64,000 bases of DNA from the IMG/VR virus record IMGVR_UViG_3300045988_175028; one strand, given 5' to 3'. This document shows, one piece after another, positions 54,520 to 62,200 of the stretch; position 1 is the first letter of the stretch; the number at the start of each line of letters is the position of its first letter. Made by a program: the position numbers and the translations under genes. Under the pieces are notes generated by a model. That model was not told the DNA's origin. It made no database searches and saw nothing but the letters and a program-made list of their open reading frames with translations. This stretch comes from a virus.

Positions 54520-55080
54520 TTTGAGTACGCTTAGGCGTACTTATTTTTTTGGAAAAAATTTTGAGGAAAAAGGCGTACATATTATGTGTACATATTATAT
54601 GTATATATAGAGGGAGAGAGTAATAGGAAGTAGGAAGAAAGGGAGTAAGAATAAAGGCGTACAAATATAAGTACGAATAAAGGCGTACTTATAGAGGGAG
54701 TAGATAAGAGGGGTATAGGTAAAAGGGGTAGAATTAAAGGAGTAAGAAAAGAGCGTACTTATTAGGTAAGCAAAAAGGCGTACTTATAGAGCGTATTAGT
54801 CTTTCGTAGTTATAGGAAGAGACTAGCTATATAAAAACGGTACTGCTAAGGGACATCCAAGAACGACATATAGGGATAGGTAGGGGTAGATTGGTATATG
54901 TAAAAGGAATTTTGTGTCTTTGAAAGTGAAGATGTGTCTAGCGCAAATTTTATTGGTAAGCAAATTTTATAAGTATAATAAATAATAAATATGTATTTAT
55001 AATGTGTACGCATTATGTGTACGCCTTATGTGTACTTATAATGTGTACTTATAATGCGTACTTATAGAGCGTATTTAGCG
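54520..55080. repeat. iteron-like repeat block (GCGTAC/GTACGC core, at least 10 copies; ATGTGTAC at least 5 copies)
   Basis: AAAGGCGTACTTATAGAG-type units at 54534, 54573, 54657, 54683, 54753, 54778 and 55056. Inverted copies at 54525, 55006 and 55019. No ORF. Confidence 0.6.
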
Positions 55081-55153
55081 CGGTGTCAAATTTTTCTTTG
55101 ATTCTATTCTACCAAAATTTCAGAGCGTTGTCAAATTTTCAAGATATAAAAAT

Positions 55154-55184
55154 AAAAAAAGAGGTAAGAATTTCTTCTTACCTC
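55154..55184 (-). terminator. intrinsic terminator of the 55193 gene
   Basis: GAGGTAAGAA..TTCTTACCTC hairpin followed by a T-run on the minus strand. Confidence 0.65.
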
Positions 55185-55192
55185 TTTTCTTC

Positions 55193-55561
55193 TTAGTTGA
55201 CCTTGATGTAGCCGCGCTGAGCACTCTTCTTGCCCTCGACCTTCACATCGACCTTCTCCACAGTGCCATCCAGCACGAAGGGCTTCAGGAGAGAGGGAAC
55301 AGAGGCTACCTTTACTTCATCAGTAAGGCCAGCTGCCTCAATAAGCTGGGCGGCAGTCATGCCCTCCTCATTCATTGCGTTCAGAAGAGCCTCACGGATG
55401 GGAGCCTTCTCATCCTCAGCGGCCTGCTTCTTTTCCAGAACCTTCTGGGCTCGCTTTGCATTAGCTTCATCCATCTTCTCGATAAGCTCAGTGGCCTTAG
55501 CCATCAGCTCGTCATTCATCTCACCGTTGGAAATAGCAGTATAGAACTCACGATTGGTCAT
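55193..55561 (-). CDS. hypothetical protein, paralogue of 58567..58914 (MTNREF.. family, wHTH-like C-terminus)
   Basis: ATG at 55561. GC-richer than its surroundings. Confidence 0.55.
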   Translation of the reverse strand: MTNREFYTAISNGEMNDELMAKATELIEKMDEANAKRAQKVLEKKQAAEDEKAPIREALLNAMNEEGMTAAQLIEAAGLTDEVKVASVPSLLKPFVLDGTVEKVDVKVEGKKSAQRGYIKVN

Positions 55562-55720
55562 AAAATACCTCTTTCTGCTCCTCATTGCTTTATAAAGACA
55601 GAAGAATTTACGGCCTAAAATTTGACAGGTGGCTTGATGTGCCGTAGCCGTTTTCTTTTGGAGCTTATTCCCAGCTTAGGAGCGTTTTATTTTTTTAGTC
55701 TTCCTTGACTTTCTATATAT

Positions 55721-55749
55721 ATTATAGCGTAAAAATAGAAAGTTTTCAA
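55721..55749 (-). promoter_or_regulatory. class-1 promoter copy 15 (only minus-strand copy)
   Basis: Reverse complement reads TTGAAA-N17-TATAAT plus ATATATAGAAAGTCAAGGAAG. Confidence 0.6.
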
Positions 55750-56004
55750 ATTTTATAAGTAAGAAAAATAGGTCACTAAAAATGCGTTTTTTTCAAAAGT
55801 GGAATTCCAGCTTTTCTTTTCTAAAAATTTGGAGCTTATTTGCAGCTTATAAGTCGTAGCTTATTTGCATGCTCAAAATTTGACAAGGGGTAGAATTTGA
55901 CAGTGGCCGGCGCGAATAAGAATTAGGAGTGAGAAGTTGACTTTAACGATTTAGTGTGTTAAAGTGAGAAAATTTTTTCGTAGAAAATTTGAAAAAAATA
56001 AAAT

Positions 56005-56023
56005 TTAGACGATATTCGTCTAA
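56005..56023. repeat. cassette palindrome TTAGACGA-N3-TCGTCTAA, copy 1
   Basis: ttagacgatattcgtctaa. Confidence 0.8.
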
Positions 56024-56041
56024 TTATTTTTTCTAAAAAGA

Positions 56042-56063
56042 AACGGCGCACTCAGCGCCGTTA
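56042..56063 (-). terminator. hairpin after the 56065 gene
   Basis: AACGGCGC-actca-GCGCCGTT. Confidence 0.5.
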
Positions 56064-56064
56064 T

Positions 56065-56259
56065 TTAAAAATTCATGAGGGGTTCTTCTTCATTAAGTTC
56101 ATGATTCCAAAATTCCCTTCTGCAAAGAAAACAAGAGATATCGCTACAATAATCTCCTTCAATTCTCATATTTAATTGACAAGGGCTAATACTTGGAATA
56201 TTATCATCAGTCCGACTTGCTTCAGGAAACATTTCAAAAAACTTTTCTTTTCTTGTCAT
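56065..56259 (-). CDS. small Cys-rich protein (CxxCRREFW motif)
   Basis: ORF with RBS AAAGGAGA. Confidence 0.55.
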   Translation of the reverse strand: MTRKEKFFEMFPEASRTDDNIPSISPCQLNMRIEGDYCSDISCFLCRREFWNHELNEEEPLMNF

Positions 56260-56287
56260 TTTATTTCTCCTTTCTTTTTATAAATAA

Positions 56288-56316
56288 AGTATAACACAAA
56301 TCTTCTAACTTGTCAA
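56288..56316 (-). promoter_or_regulatory. early-type promoter TTGACA-N17-TATACT
   Basis: Minus-strand reading; located 12 nt from palindrome copy 2. Confidence 0.6.
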
Positions 56317-56328
56317 GTACAAAATTTA

Positions 56329-56347
56329 TTAGACGAAATTCGTCTAA
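56329..56347. repeat. cassette palindrome, copy 2
   Basis: ttagacgaaattcgtctaa. Confidence 0.8.
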
Positions 56348-56399
56348 ATTTTTCTCCGAAAAAAACTTCACCGCATTAAAGCGGTGAAGTCCTCTAAAT

Positions 56400-57146
56400 T
56401 TAACGAATCTTGAAAATATTTTTTGTTTTGTAGTAAGTTGCGCTTTCGCCCTCAATGGTAAATTTCCCGCCTTTGGTGTCAATCGTGAAAATCTTTTTGA
56501 CTTTTCGAGGAATGGAACGGCGGGCAGTATAGTCTCCGTTGATATCTGCCCCTTTTTCTAAACAATGGAACAGAATTTCGGTTTCAATCAATGCATCAGA
56601 AAGGGCGGTGTGGTCTTCGGAAAAATCGGGATTGTTTCGGATGTATTGTGTAATGGTTTCGGCGGTGGTGGAATAGTTTCCGCTTTCGGTAAATGCTTCG
56701 TGTTTCTCTGCCCATTTGAAAAACTTTTCATCCATCATGAAATGATGAACAAAACCCCGAATATCGGAAATAGGAACGGTGTCAAAGGGATTTATACACT
56801 TGAACCAATCACAGTTAAAATTGAATACTTTTTCATCAAAAAATGAATTGTAAGCAAAAGCCCGTTCGATGTTGAACGCCTTAAAGTCTCGTGCCATTGT
56901 CTGCGTAATATATCCGAATTTGTCCATAGCGATTGCACGGGAACGCATAGCCTTTACATAAATAGGACGCTTGTCTGCATAATAAGCAGACGCAAAAATC
57001 ATTGAATTGTGCCACACCTGCTCCACGACAAATTCCCGCTTAACAAGCGTTTCTCCGCTTTCGCTATCGGCGATAAGATAGCCGATATTATAGCAAAAAG
57101 GTTTTTCCAGGGAAGTCGTCTCCGTGTCGAAAATACAAATATTCAT
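56400..57146 (-). CDS. DEDD-family (DnaQ-like) 3'-5' exonuclease
   Basis: Exo I FDTETT and Exo III HTALSDA. Confidence 0.75.
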   Translation of the reverse strand: MNICIFDTETTSLEKPFCYNIGYLIADSESGETLVKREFVVEQVWHNSMIFASAYYADKRPIYVKAMRSRAIAMDKFGYITQTMARDFKAFNIERAFAYNSFFDEKVFNFNCDWFKCINPFDTVPISDIRGFVHHFMMDEKFFKWAEKHEAFTESGNYSTTAETITQYIRNNPDFSEDHTALSDALIETEILFHCLEKGADINGDYTARRSIPRKVKKIFTIDTKGGKFTIEGESATYYKTKNIFKIR

Positions 57147-57205
57147 TTTTCAATCTCCAATCAAAATTATTATAAGGGTTTACCATCGTTCTCCTTACAT
57201 TATCT

Positions 57206-57233
57206 ATTATATCAGATTTTCCGGAAATGTCAA
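57206..57233 (-). promoter_or_regulatory. early-type promoter TTGACA-N16-TATAAT
   Basis: Minus-strand reading. Confidence 0.6.
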
Positions 57234-57255
57234 GAACTTTTTCAAAAAATAAAAA

Positions 57256-57274
57256 TTAGACGAATTTCGTCTAA
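57256..57274. repeat. cassette palindrome, copy 3
   Basis: ttagacgaatttcgtctaa. Confidence 0.8.
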
Positions 57275-57326
57275 AAATAAAAAGAAGGGAGAAATATTTC
57301 TCCCGTAATTTACTTTTTATAAAAAT

Positions 57327-57500
57327 TCAACGATATTCTTCTTCCAATCTAAAAAGAAGTTCTTCCAAAATATCCTTTCGGACAATGTAAAGTTTTTCTC
57401 TCTCAGGCATGGGAACATATGGTAAATAAAAAAGATTAGAGATTTCTTCATAGTTGTGGAGCAATTCTTCTGTTGTAAGATTTTTGTGGTTGATATTCAT
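57327..57500 (-). CDS. small hypothetical protein (57 aa)
   Basis: RBS AAAGGAGA. Below the ORF-track cut-off. Confidence 0.45.
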   Translation of the reverse strand: MNINHKNLTTEELLHNYEEISNLFYLPYVPMPEREKLYIVRKDILEELLFRLEEEYR

Positions 57501-57530
57501 TATAGTTCTCCTTTCTTTTACTATATCTAA

Positions 57531-57559
57531 ATTGTAACAAAGATTTTTGTAATTGTCAA
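57531..57559 (-). promoter_or_regulatory. early-type promoter TTGACA-N17-TACAAT
   Basis: Minus-strand reading. Confidence 0.6.
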
Positions 57560-57571
57560 GTATAAAATTTC

Positions 57572-57590
57572 TTAGACGAACTTCGTCTAA
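57572..57590. repeat. cassette palindrome, copy 4
   Basis: ttagacgaacttcgtctaa. Confidence 0.8.
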
Positions 57591-57629
57591 AAAAGAAAGG
57601 AGTAATATAAAATATTACTCCTAATGATT

Positions 57630-57842
57630 TTATTCGACAACCACTTTTGCCTTTAAGATATAAACTCCGCTATTTTGGTCTTGGTCTTCTCCCCACGTCC
57701 AAAGCTCACCTGTTTCAAGATTTACGGCTGTTTGGCCTTCACACATAAGATTTATAGTTTCATCTGCTGCATCTTTAAAAGCCTCTCCGGGACTGACTTC
57801 ATGATACTGATACAAATTATTACTTTCATATCTAATCAACAT
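57630..57842 (-). CDS. hypothetical protein
   Basis: ORF with an RBS. Confidence 0.55.
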   Translation of the reverse strand: MLIRYESNNLYQYHEVSPGEAFKDAADETINLMCEGQTAVNLETGELWTWGEDQDQNSGVYILKAKVVVE

Positions 57843-57873
57843 TTTTATTTTCTCCTTTCTTTACTGTAATTAT

Positions 57874-57901
57874 AGTATAACAGATTTTCTTTATTTGTCA
57901 A
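57874..57901 (-). promoter_or_regulatory. early-type promoter TTGACA-N16-TATACT
   Basis: Minus-strand reading. Confidence 0.6.
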
Positions 57902-57913
57902 GTATAAAATTAT

Positions 57914-57932
57914 TTAGACGAATTTCGTCTAA
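57914..57932. repeat. cassette palindrome, copy 5
   Basis: ttagacgaatttcgtctaa. Confidence 0.8.
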
Positions 57933-57979
57933 ATTTTTCTACAAAAGAAAAAGGTGACGATTTCTCGCCACCCTTTCGA

Positions 57980-58336
57980 TTACTCGTTATTTACGTTTTC
58001 TCGTTCAGTTTTCTTTGCCCTTGCCTTTTCTCGTGCGAGGCGGTCTTTCTCCATTTTCTTTTGCTTCTTCTCCTCTCGTTCTGCCTTGGCCTTGGCTTTG
58101 GCTTCGCTTTCAAGGCGATAATTTTCAGCTTCTTCATAGCCATCAAAGAGGTCACCGTCCCTCGTTCCCTTGGGAACGCTAAAGGTGAGGTTTAGATAGC
58201 CTTCATCGTCATCCAGCGCCCACGGAATCGAATAAGTTCCGCTCTTAATCTGAAGAACAGTTTCTCCCTCACTTTCGAGAAAATTCTTGACTTTCTGCAT
58301 AAAGTCCATTTTTACGACTTCACTTTTCTTTGCCAT
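57980..58336 (-). CDS. hypothetical protein with Lys/Glu-rich C-terminal tail
   Basis: ORF with an RBS. Confidence 0.55.
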   Translation of the reverse strand: MAKKSEVVKMDFMQKVKNFLESEGETVLQIKSGTYSIPWALDDDEGYLNLTFSVPKGTRDGDLFDGYEEAENYRLESEAKAKAKAEREEKKQKKMEKDRLAREKARAKKTERENVNNE

Positions 58337-58367
58337 TCAAAGCACTTCCTTTCTTTACTGTACTTAA

Positions 58368-58396
58368 AGTATAGCACAACTTTCTTTTTTTGTCAA
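58368..58396 (-). promoter_or_regulatory. early-type promoter TTGACA-N17-TATACT
   Basis: Minus-strand reading. A second TTGAAA-N17-TATAAT lies about 45 nt upstream. Confidence 0.6.
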
Positions 58397-58498
58397 TACT
58401 TCTTTTCTTATTTTCTAAAATTATTATAACAAAAATTTTTTTGAATTTCAAATTTTCTTTAATACTTTAGTATGGTAAAGCACCGAGATCGATTTTAT

Positions 58499-58517
58499 TT
58501 AGACGAAGTTCGTCTAA
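58499..58517. repeat. cassette palindrome, copy 6
   Basis: ttagacgaagttcgtctaa. Confidence 0.8.
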
Positions 58518-58566
58518 ATAATTTTTCCCCAAAAAAGGACGGTGATTTCTCACCGCCCATTTTTTC

Positions 58567-58914
58567 TTACTCGGTCACAAGACTGTACTGCTTCTGCTTA
58601 CCCTTCTTGGGAATCTTCACTTCCTCAACTGCCAGCTTGCCAGCTTCCACAAGCTGGCGGCACAGAGAACTAATCTTCTGCGTGGAGAGGTCTGCGTCTG
58701 CCTCATGGATTTCGCTTGCTGTCATAGGCTTGACGGCCAGAATCTCCAGCAGATGGGCCTTGATAGGCTCGTTCGCAAGCTGGGTCTTGCTGGGCTTGGA
58801 ACTCCGCTGGGCGTTCCGCTTGTCCAGCTTCTCCAACTCGGCGGTGGCGTGGCTGGTCAGCTCGTCATTCACGTTAGCATTGATAATGGCATTGAAGAAC
58901 TCACGATTGGTCAT
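58567..58914 (-). CDS. hypothetical protein, paralogue of 55193..55561
   Basis: MTNREFFNAIINANVNDEL.. with a wHTH-like C-terminus. GC-richer than neighbouring genes. Confidence 0.55.
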   Translation of the reverse strand: MTNREFFNAIINANVNDELTSHATAELEKLDKRNAQRSSKPSKTQLANEPIKAHLLEILAVKPMTASEIHEADADLSTQKISSLCRQLVEAGKLAVEEVKIPKKGKQKQYSLVTE

Positions 58915-58994
58915 AATTTTCTCCTTTCATCGGCGGATAGGTCGCCACCCATTTTTATATTCAAAAGAGGCGTTCCTCTCTTGATTACATATTT

Positions 58995-59023
58995 ATTATA
59001 TCAAAGGTGCGGGGATTTGTCAA
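58995..59023 (-). promoter_or_regulatory. early-type promoter TTGACA-N17-TATAAT
   Basis: Minus-strand reading. Confidence 0.6.
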
Positions 59024-59105
59024 GAGGGAATTTCAATTTCTTGAAATTTTTTCGGCTTAATCCTGATGGGAGCGACCCACCATTGAGCTGCTCTTGACAT
59101 TACCC

Positions 59106-59134
59106 ATTATAGCACCTTTGATAGAGTTTGTCAA
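59106..59134 (-). promoter_or_regulatory. early-type promoter TTGACA-N17-TATAAT (no ORF downstream)
   Basis: Minus-strand reading. Confidence 0.55.
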
Positions 59135-59280
59135 GAGGTTTTTCAACTTTTTTATTTCTTCGGGTGATGACTCCGCAGAAATTGATTGAAAAGATGGGCA
59201 ACTTTTCTTCAGCCATCTATGAGGGCCATCAGTTTCTCATTTCGCTGACTACTCATTTGCTTTCCCTCTTGACATTATCT

Positions 59281-59308
59281 ATTATATCAGATTTCTTGAA
59301 AATGTCAA
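59281..59308 (-). promoter_or_regulatory. early-type promoter TTGACA-N16-TATAAT (only a 15-codon ORF downstream)
   Basis: Minus-strand reading. Confidence 0.55.
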
Positions 59309-59341
59309 TACTTTTTTCAAAAAAATTTTGAAAAATATTTT

Positions 59342-59360
59342 TTAGACGAAGTTCGTCTAA
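59342..59360. repeat. cassette palindrome, copy 7
   Basis: ttagacgaagttcgtctaa. Confidence 0.8.
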
Positions 59361-59422
59361 ATAAAAAGTGAAAAAGAACGGTGCATTTAGCGCCGTTCCT
59401 ATTATCTGTCATAAAACAATCT

Positions 59423-59743
59423 TTACTTGATTCTCACCAAAAACCAATGATTGTGGATTTTTTTTGCCTTCTTATCATGCAGAAGGCAGACATTTTTAGA
59501 TAATTTATAAATAGTTTCTTTATCTGTCTCTGTGGTGATTGCTTCTTCAAATCGTTGCTGTGTTACTGGAATGAAAAAGTTTCTAAAAAAGACATAAGGA
59601 AAACTTCCTATCCAGATAAAGGGATAAAACAAAGCAAACAAAAAAACTTCCCAAAGGTTCTCAAAATCGATTTTGTAGGACAAAAGAACCGTCAAGAAAT
59701 TTGATACTACGACAGAAATCAAAATCCAGTACCAAGCAACCAT
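59423..59743 (-). CDS. membrane protein
   Basis: Two TM helices (WYWILISVVVSNFLTVLL; FLFALFYPFIWIGSFPYVFF). Confidence 0.55.
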   Translation of the reverse strand: MVAWYWILISVVVSNFLTVLLSYKIDFENLWEVFLFALFYPFIWIGSFPYVFFRNFFIPVTQQRFEEAITTETDKETIYKLSKNVCLLHDKKAKKIHNHWFLVRIK

Positions 59744-59774
59744 TTTTATTTTCTCCTTTCTTTACTGTAATTAT

Positions 59775-59803
59775 AGTATAACAGAAATTCTCTAACTTGT
59801 CAA
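59775..59803 (-). promoter_or_regulatory. early-type promoter TTGACA-N17-TATACT
   Basis: Minus-strand reading. Confidence 0.6.
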
Positions 59804-59815
59804 ATACAAAATTTA

Positions 59816-59834
59816 TTAGACGAATTTCGTCTAA
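59816..59834. repeat. cassette palindrome, copy 8
   Basis: ttagacgaatttcgtctaa. Confidence 0.8.
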
Positions 59835-59882
59835 ATAGAAAGATAGGAACGATGTAAAACACCGTTCCTTTTGACATTTCTC

Positions 59883-60113
59883 TTATTTAGCGATTTCCAG
59901 TTTGTTAGTAGAAGCAAACGTCCGGAGGATGTTAGCCGCAAGTGCGATGTCATGTCTATCATAGCTTTCACCCGTCAAGGTGTTGGAGGCCTGTTCATAG
60001 TCATTCTCTTCGATGATTCCATACAATTCGTCAAGAATGTTAAAGGCATCGTACAGAGTTTTCGGTTCGGTTCCGGTTAACTCGATATGCCTAACAGTAT
60101 TGATAACTTTCAT
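59883..60113 (-). CDS. hypothetical protein
   Basis: ORF with an RBS. Confidence 0.55.
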   Translation of the reverse strand: MKVINTVRHIELTGTEPKTLYDAFNILDELYGIIEENDYEQASNTLTGESYDRHDIALAANILRTFASTNKLEIAK

Positions 60114-60162
60114 TCTTTATTGTCTCCTTTTTTAAAATTTGGTTGCTCTTTACTGTAAATCT

Positions 60163-60191
60163 ATATTATCATATTTAATTAAATTTGTCAA
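60163..60191 (-). promoter_or_regulatory. early-type promoter TTGACA-N17-TAATAT
   Basis: Minus-strand reading. Confidence 0.55.
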
Positions 60192-60214
60192 TACTTATTT
60201 TTTTTATTTTTATT

Positions 60215-60233
60215 TTAGACGATATTCGTCTAA
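60215..60233. repeat. cassette palindrome, copy 9
   Basis: ttagacgatattcgtctaa. Confidence 0.8.
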
Positions 60234-60284
60234 AAATTTTTTCTAAAAAGAAGGAACAGTTTCTTTCCTTCTTTTTAGAACTTT

Positions 60285-60614
60285 TTAACCGACCGTCTCT
60301 ATCTGATGAATAATCTCTTCCGCAGTTAAAAAACCGACAACATCTTCTTCATCATCAAACGGATAACCCATTACTTCGATTAAACCTTCTTGATGCCCAT
60401 AACTTCCAAAATGACAAACGGCATCCCCGATTCTTTCGTCAGTTTGCGGTCTTAAAAAAATAATCTGCGGCCGGCCATATAGCTCTTCGACCTTCCAATC
60501 TATCGGACAGCAAACTCCTTGAGTAGTAAGAATTTTAATAAGTTTGTCGATTTCGGTTTCTTCGGGAATCCCACCAAACATGGACTCATAGGACTTATAA
60601 TCAATAGTATTCAT
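60285..60614 (-). CDS. hypothetical protein
   Basis: ORF with an RBS. Confidence 0.55.
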   Translation of the reverse strand: MNTIDYKSYESMFGGIPEETEIDKLIKILTTQGVCCPIDWKVEELYGRPQIIFLRPQTDERIGDAVCHFGSYGHQEGLIEVMGYPFDDEEDVVGFLTAEEIIHQIETVG

Positions 60615-60643
60615 AAAAATTTCTCCTTTCTTTACTATATCTA

Positions 60644-60673
60644 TATATTACTATATTTAATTAGATTTGTCAA
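60644..60673 (-). promoter_or_regulatory. early-type promoter TTGACA-N18-TAATAT
   Basis: Minus-strand reading. Confidence 0.5.
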
Positions 60674-60696
60674 GTAAAATTATAAAAAATTTTATT

Positions 60697-60715
60697 TTAG
60701 ACGAAATTCGTCTAA
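60697..60715. repeat. cassette palindrome, copy 10
   Basis: ttagacgaaattcgtctaa. Confidence 0.8.
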
Positions 60716-60753
60716 ATTTTTCTTTGGAGAAAAAGGGAATTTGCTTTCCCCTT

Positions 60754-61194
60754 TTATCTCGCCAAAACTTTTAAAACGCTTTCCATTGCATCAGGATGAA
60801 ATCCACCCATTCCCCAGTCAATTAGATTTCTTGTTTCATCATCAAACAGAATATCGTCAGAGGAAGAACGGAAACTCGTCTTCTTTGTCCCATATTCTAC
60901 AATATGAATTTCATCAAAGGAAACACTTCTCAAATGCTGACGCAACCAGCGTATTTTTTCAGCCTTTACGGCTTCAAGAAAAGCGGGGTTTTTGTCTTTA
61001 CTTCCCCATGAAATCACGCCAATCTTTACACCCTTTCGCTGAACCCGGTTCAGCTTGCGTGCCAGCGTATTCATATTGCAGAGGGGGCGAGCCTCTGCGT
61101 AGACTTTTGCGTCATAGGCCCGCAAGCGAGGCAACCAGTCTTTTGTGCTGTACAAGTCGGCAATCGTGCCGTCCATATCAAGAAAAATAGTCAT
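60754..61194 (-). CDS. HAD-superfamily phosphatase (5'-deoxynucleotidase-like)
   Basis: FLDMDGTIADL (DxDxT motif). About 145 aa. Confidence 0.65.
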   Translation of the reverse strand: MTIFLDMDGTIADLYSTKDWLPRLRAYDAKVYAEARPLCNMNTLARKLNRVQRKGVKIGVISWGSKDKNPAFLEAVKAEKIRWLRQHLRSVSFDEIHIVEYGTKKTSFRSSSDDILFDDETRNLIDWGMGGFHPDAMESVLKVLAR

Positions 61195-61225
61195 AAATTT
61201 AATTCCTTTCCTTTATTGTAATTAA

Positions 61226-61254
61226 ATTATAACAGAAATTTTCTTATTTGTCAA
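61226..61254 (-). promoter_or_regulatory. early-type promoter TTGACA-N17-TATAAT
   Basis: Minus-strand reading. Confidence 0.6.
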
Positions 61255-61266
61255 GTATAAAATTAT

Positions 61267-61285
61267 TTAGACGAATTTCGTCTAA
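61267..61285. repeat. cassette palindrome, copy 11
   Basis: ttagacgaatttcgtctaa. Confidence 0.8.
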
Positions 61286-61328
61286 AAAAATTCTATAAAA
61301 AAGGCGGGATTTCTCCCGCCAATTTCAA

Positions 61329-61616
61329 TCAGACAAAAATTTCTTTTAGTTTTTCCTCTACCTCTGCTTGAAGTTCAGAAACCATTGTCCTCATACGGAA
61401 ACCACCTTCTTCTTCTGCAAAATCGGCCAAATCCCTGAAAGCATCATAAACTTTTTCAAGTTTATTGGTGGTGTATTTCTTGAAACAAACACCATCTTCA
61501 TATAGGAAAATTTCCAGAGGGTCGCCCTCTCGAATACCAACGCTCCGCCGAATTTCTTTAGGAATAACGACACGCCCTAAATCATCAACTCTGCGAATAA
61601 TACCTGTTGCTTTCAT
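61329..61616 (-). CDS. AbrB/SpoVT-family (swapped-hairpin) DNA-binding regulator
   Basis: MKATGIIRRVDDLGRVVIPKEIRRSVGIREGDPLEIF. ATG at 61616. Confidence 0.75.
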   Translation of the reverse strand: MKATGIIRRVDDLGRVVIPKEIRRSVGIREGDPLEIFLYEDGVCFKKYTTNKLEKVYDAFRDLADFAEEEGGFRMRTMVSELQAEVEEKLKEIFV

Positions 61617-61651
61617 TTTTTTTACTACTTCCTTTCTTATTTTGTAATTAC

Positions 61652-61680
61652 AGTATAGCATACAAAAGTGTAAATGTCAA
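61652..61680 (-). promoter_or_regulatory. early-type promoter TTGACA-N17-TATACT
   Basis: Minus-strand reading. Confidence 0.6.
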
Positions 61681-61692
61681 GAGGAATATTTT

Positions 61693-61711
61693 TTAGACGA
61701 TATTCGTCTAA
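61693..61711. repeat. cassette palindrome, copy 12
   Basis: ttagacgatattcgtctaa. Confidence 0.8.
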
Positions 61712-61772
61712 TTTTTATTTTTTTGAAAAAATAGCGCCGAAGCACTATTTTTTCAACTGAAGCGCTATTTTT

Positions 61773-61877
61773 TCAACCGAAAGTAATGAAATTTTTATCC
61801 CCACTTGCTTTCCAAGGGTGATTGATTCCAAGATTTTTCAGGAAAAAATAAATCTTGATTCTCTTAAAAATTTTCAT
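61773..61877 (-). CDS. 34-aa peptide
   Basis: RBS AAAGGAGAAAACT before the ATG at 61877. Confidence 0.35.
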   Translation of the reverse strand: MKIFKRIKIYFFLKNLGINHPWKASGDKNFITFG

Positions 61878-61891
61878 AGTTTTCTCCTTTC

Positions 61892-62068
61892 TTACCAGCC
61901 CATAGAAAAAATCCAGCCAATGAAAAACACAGCTCCCAGCGCATACAGCCCAGCTCCCACGCCATAATGCCAATCGTGGCTTTTTACGAACGAATACGCA
62001 CCCATAAAGGACATACCAGCACACGCAAGCCCAGCGGACAGAATACACAGCACAGCGACAACAACCAT
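61892..62068 (-). CDS. 58-aa hydrophobic membrane peptide
   Basis: RBS GGGAGG before the ATG at 62068. Sequence MVVVAVLCILSAGLACAGMSFMGAY...GLYALGAVFFIGWIFSMGW. Confidence 0.5.
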   Translation of the reverse strand: MVVVAVLCILSAGLACAGMSFMGAYSFVKSHDWHYGVGAGLYALGAVFFIGWIFSMGW

Positions 62069-62097
62069 TTCAGAAACCTCCCTTTCAGTATATCTAA

Positions 62098-62126
62098 ATT
62101 ATACACCAAATTTCGGAAAATGTCAA
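62098..62126 (-). promoter_or_regulatory. early-type promoter TTGACA-N17-TATAAT
   Basis: Minus-strand reading. Confidence 0.6.
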
Positions 62127-62138
62127 GAAAAATATTTT

Positions 62139-62157
62139 TTAGACGAATGTCGTCTAA
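62139..62157. repeat. cassette palindrome, copy 13
   Basis: ttagacgaatgtcgtctaa. Confidence 0.75.
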
Positions 62158-62162
62158 ATTTT

Positions 62163-62180
62163 TTGTGAAATCTTTCACAA
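62163..62180. promoter_or_regulatory. perfect TTGTGAA-N4-TTCACAA palindrome (Rex / CRP-FNR-type operator), site 1
   Basis: ttgtgaaatctttcacaa. Confidence 0.5.
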
Positions 62181-62200
62181 GCACTGTTCGTCTAAATTTT

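Noticed and set aside
61773-62048. 91-aa minus-strand ORF from the ORF track.
   Set aside because: It has no RBS at its start. Two shorter ORFs with strong RBSs explain the locus better: 62068..61892, a hydrophobic peptide in another frame, and 61877..61773.
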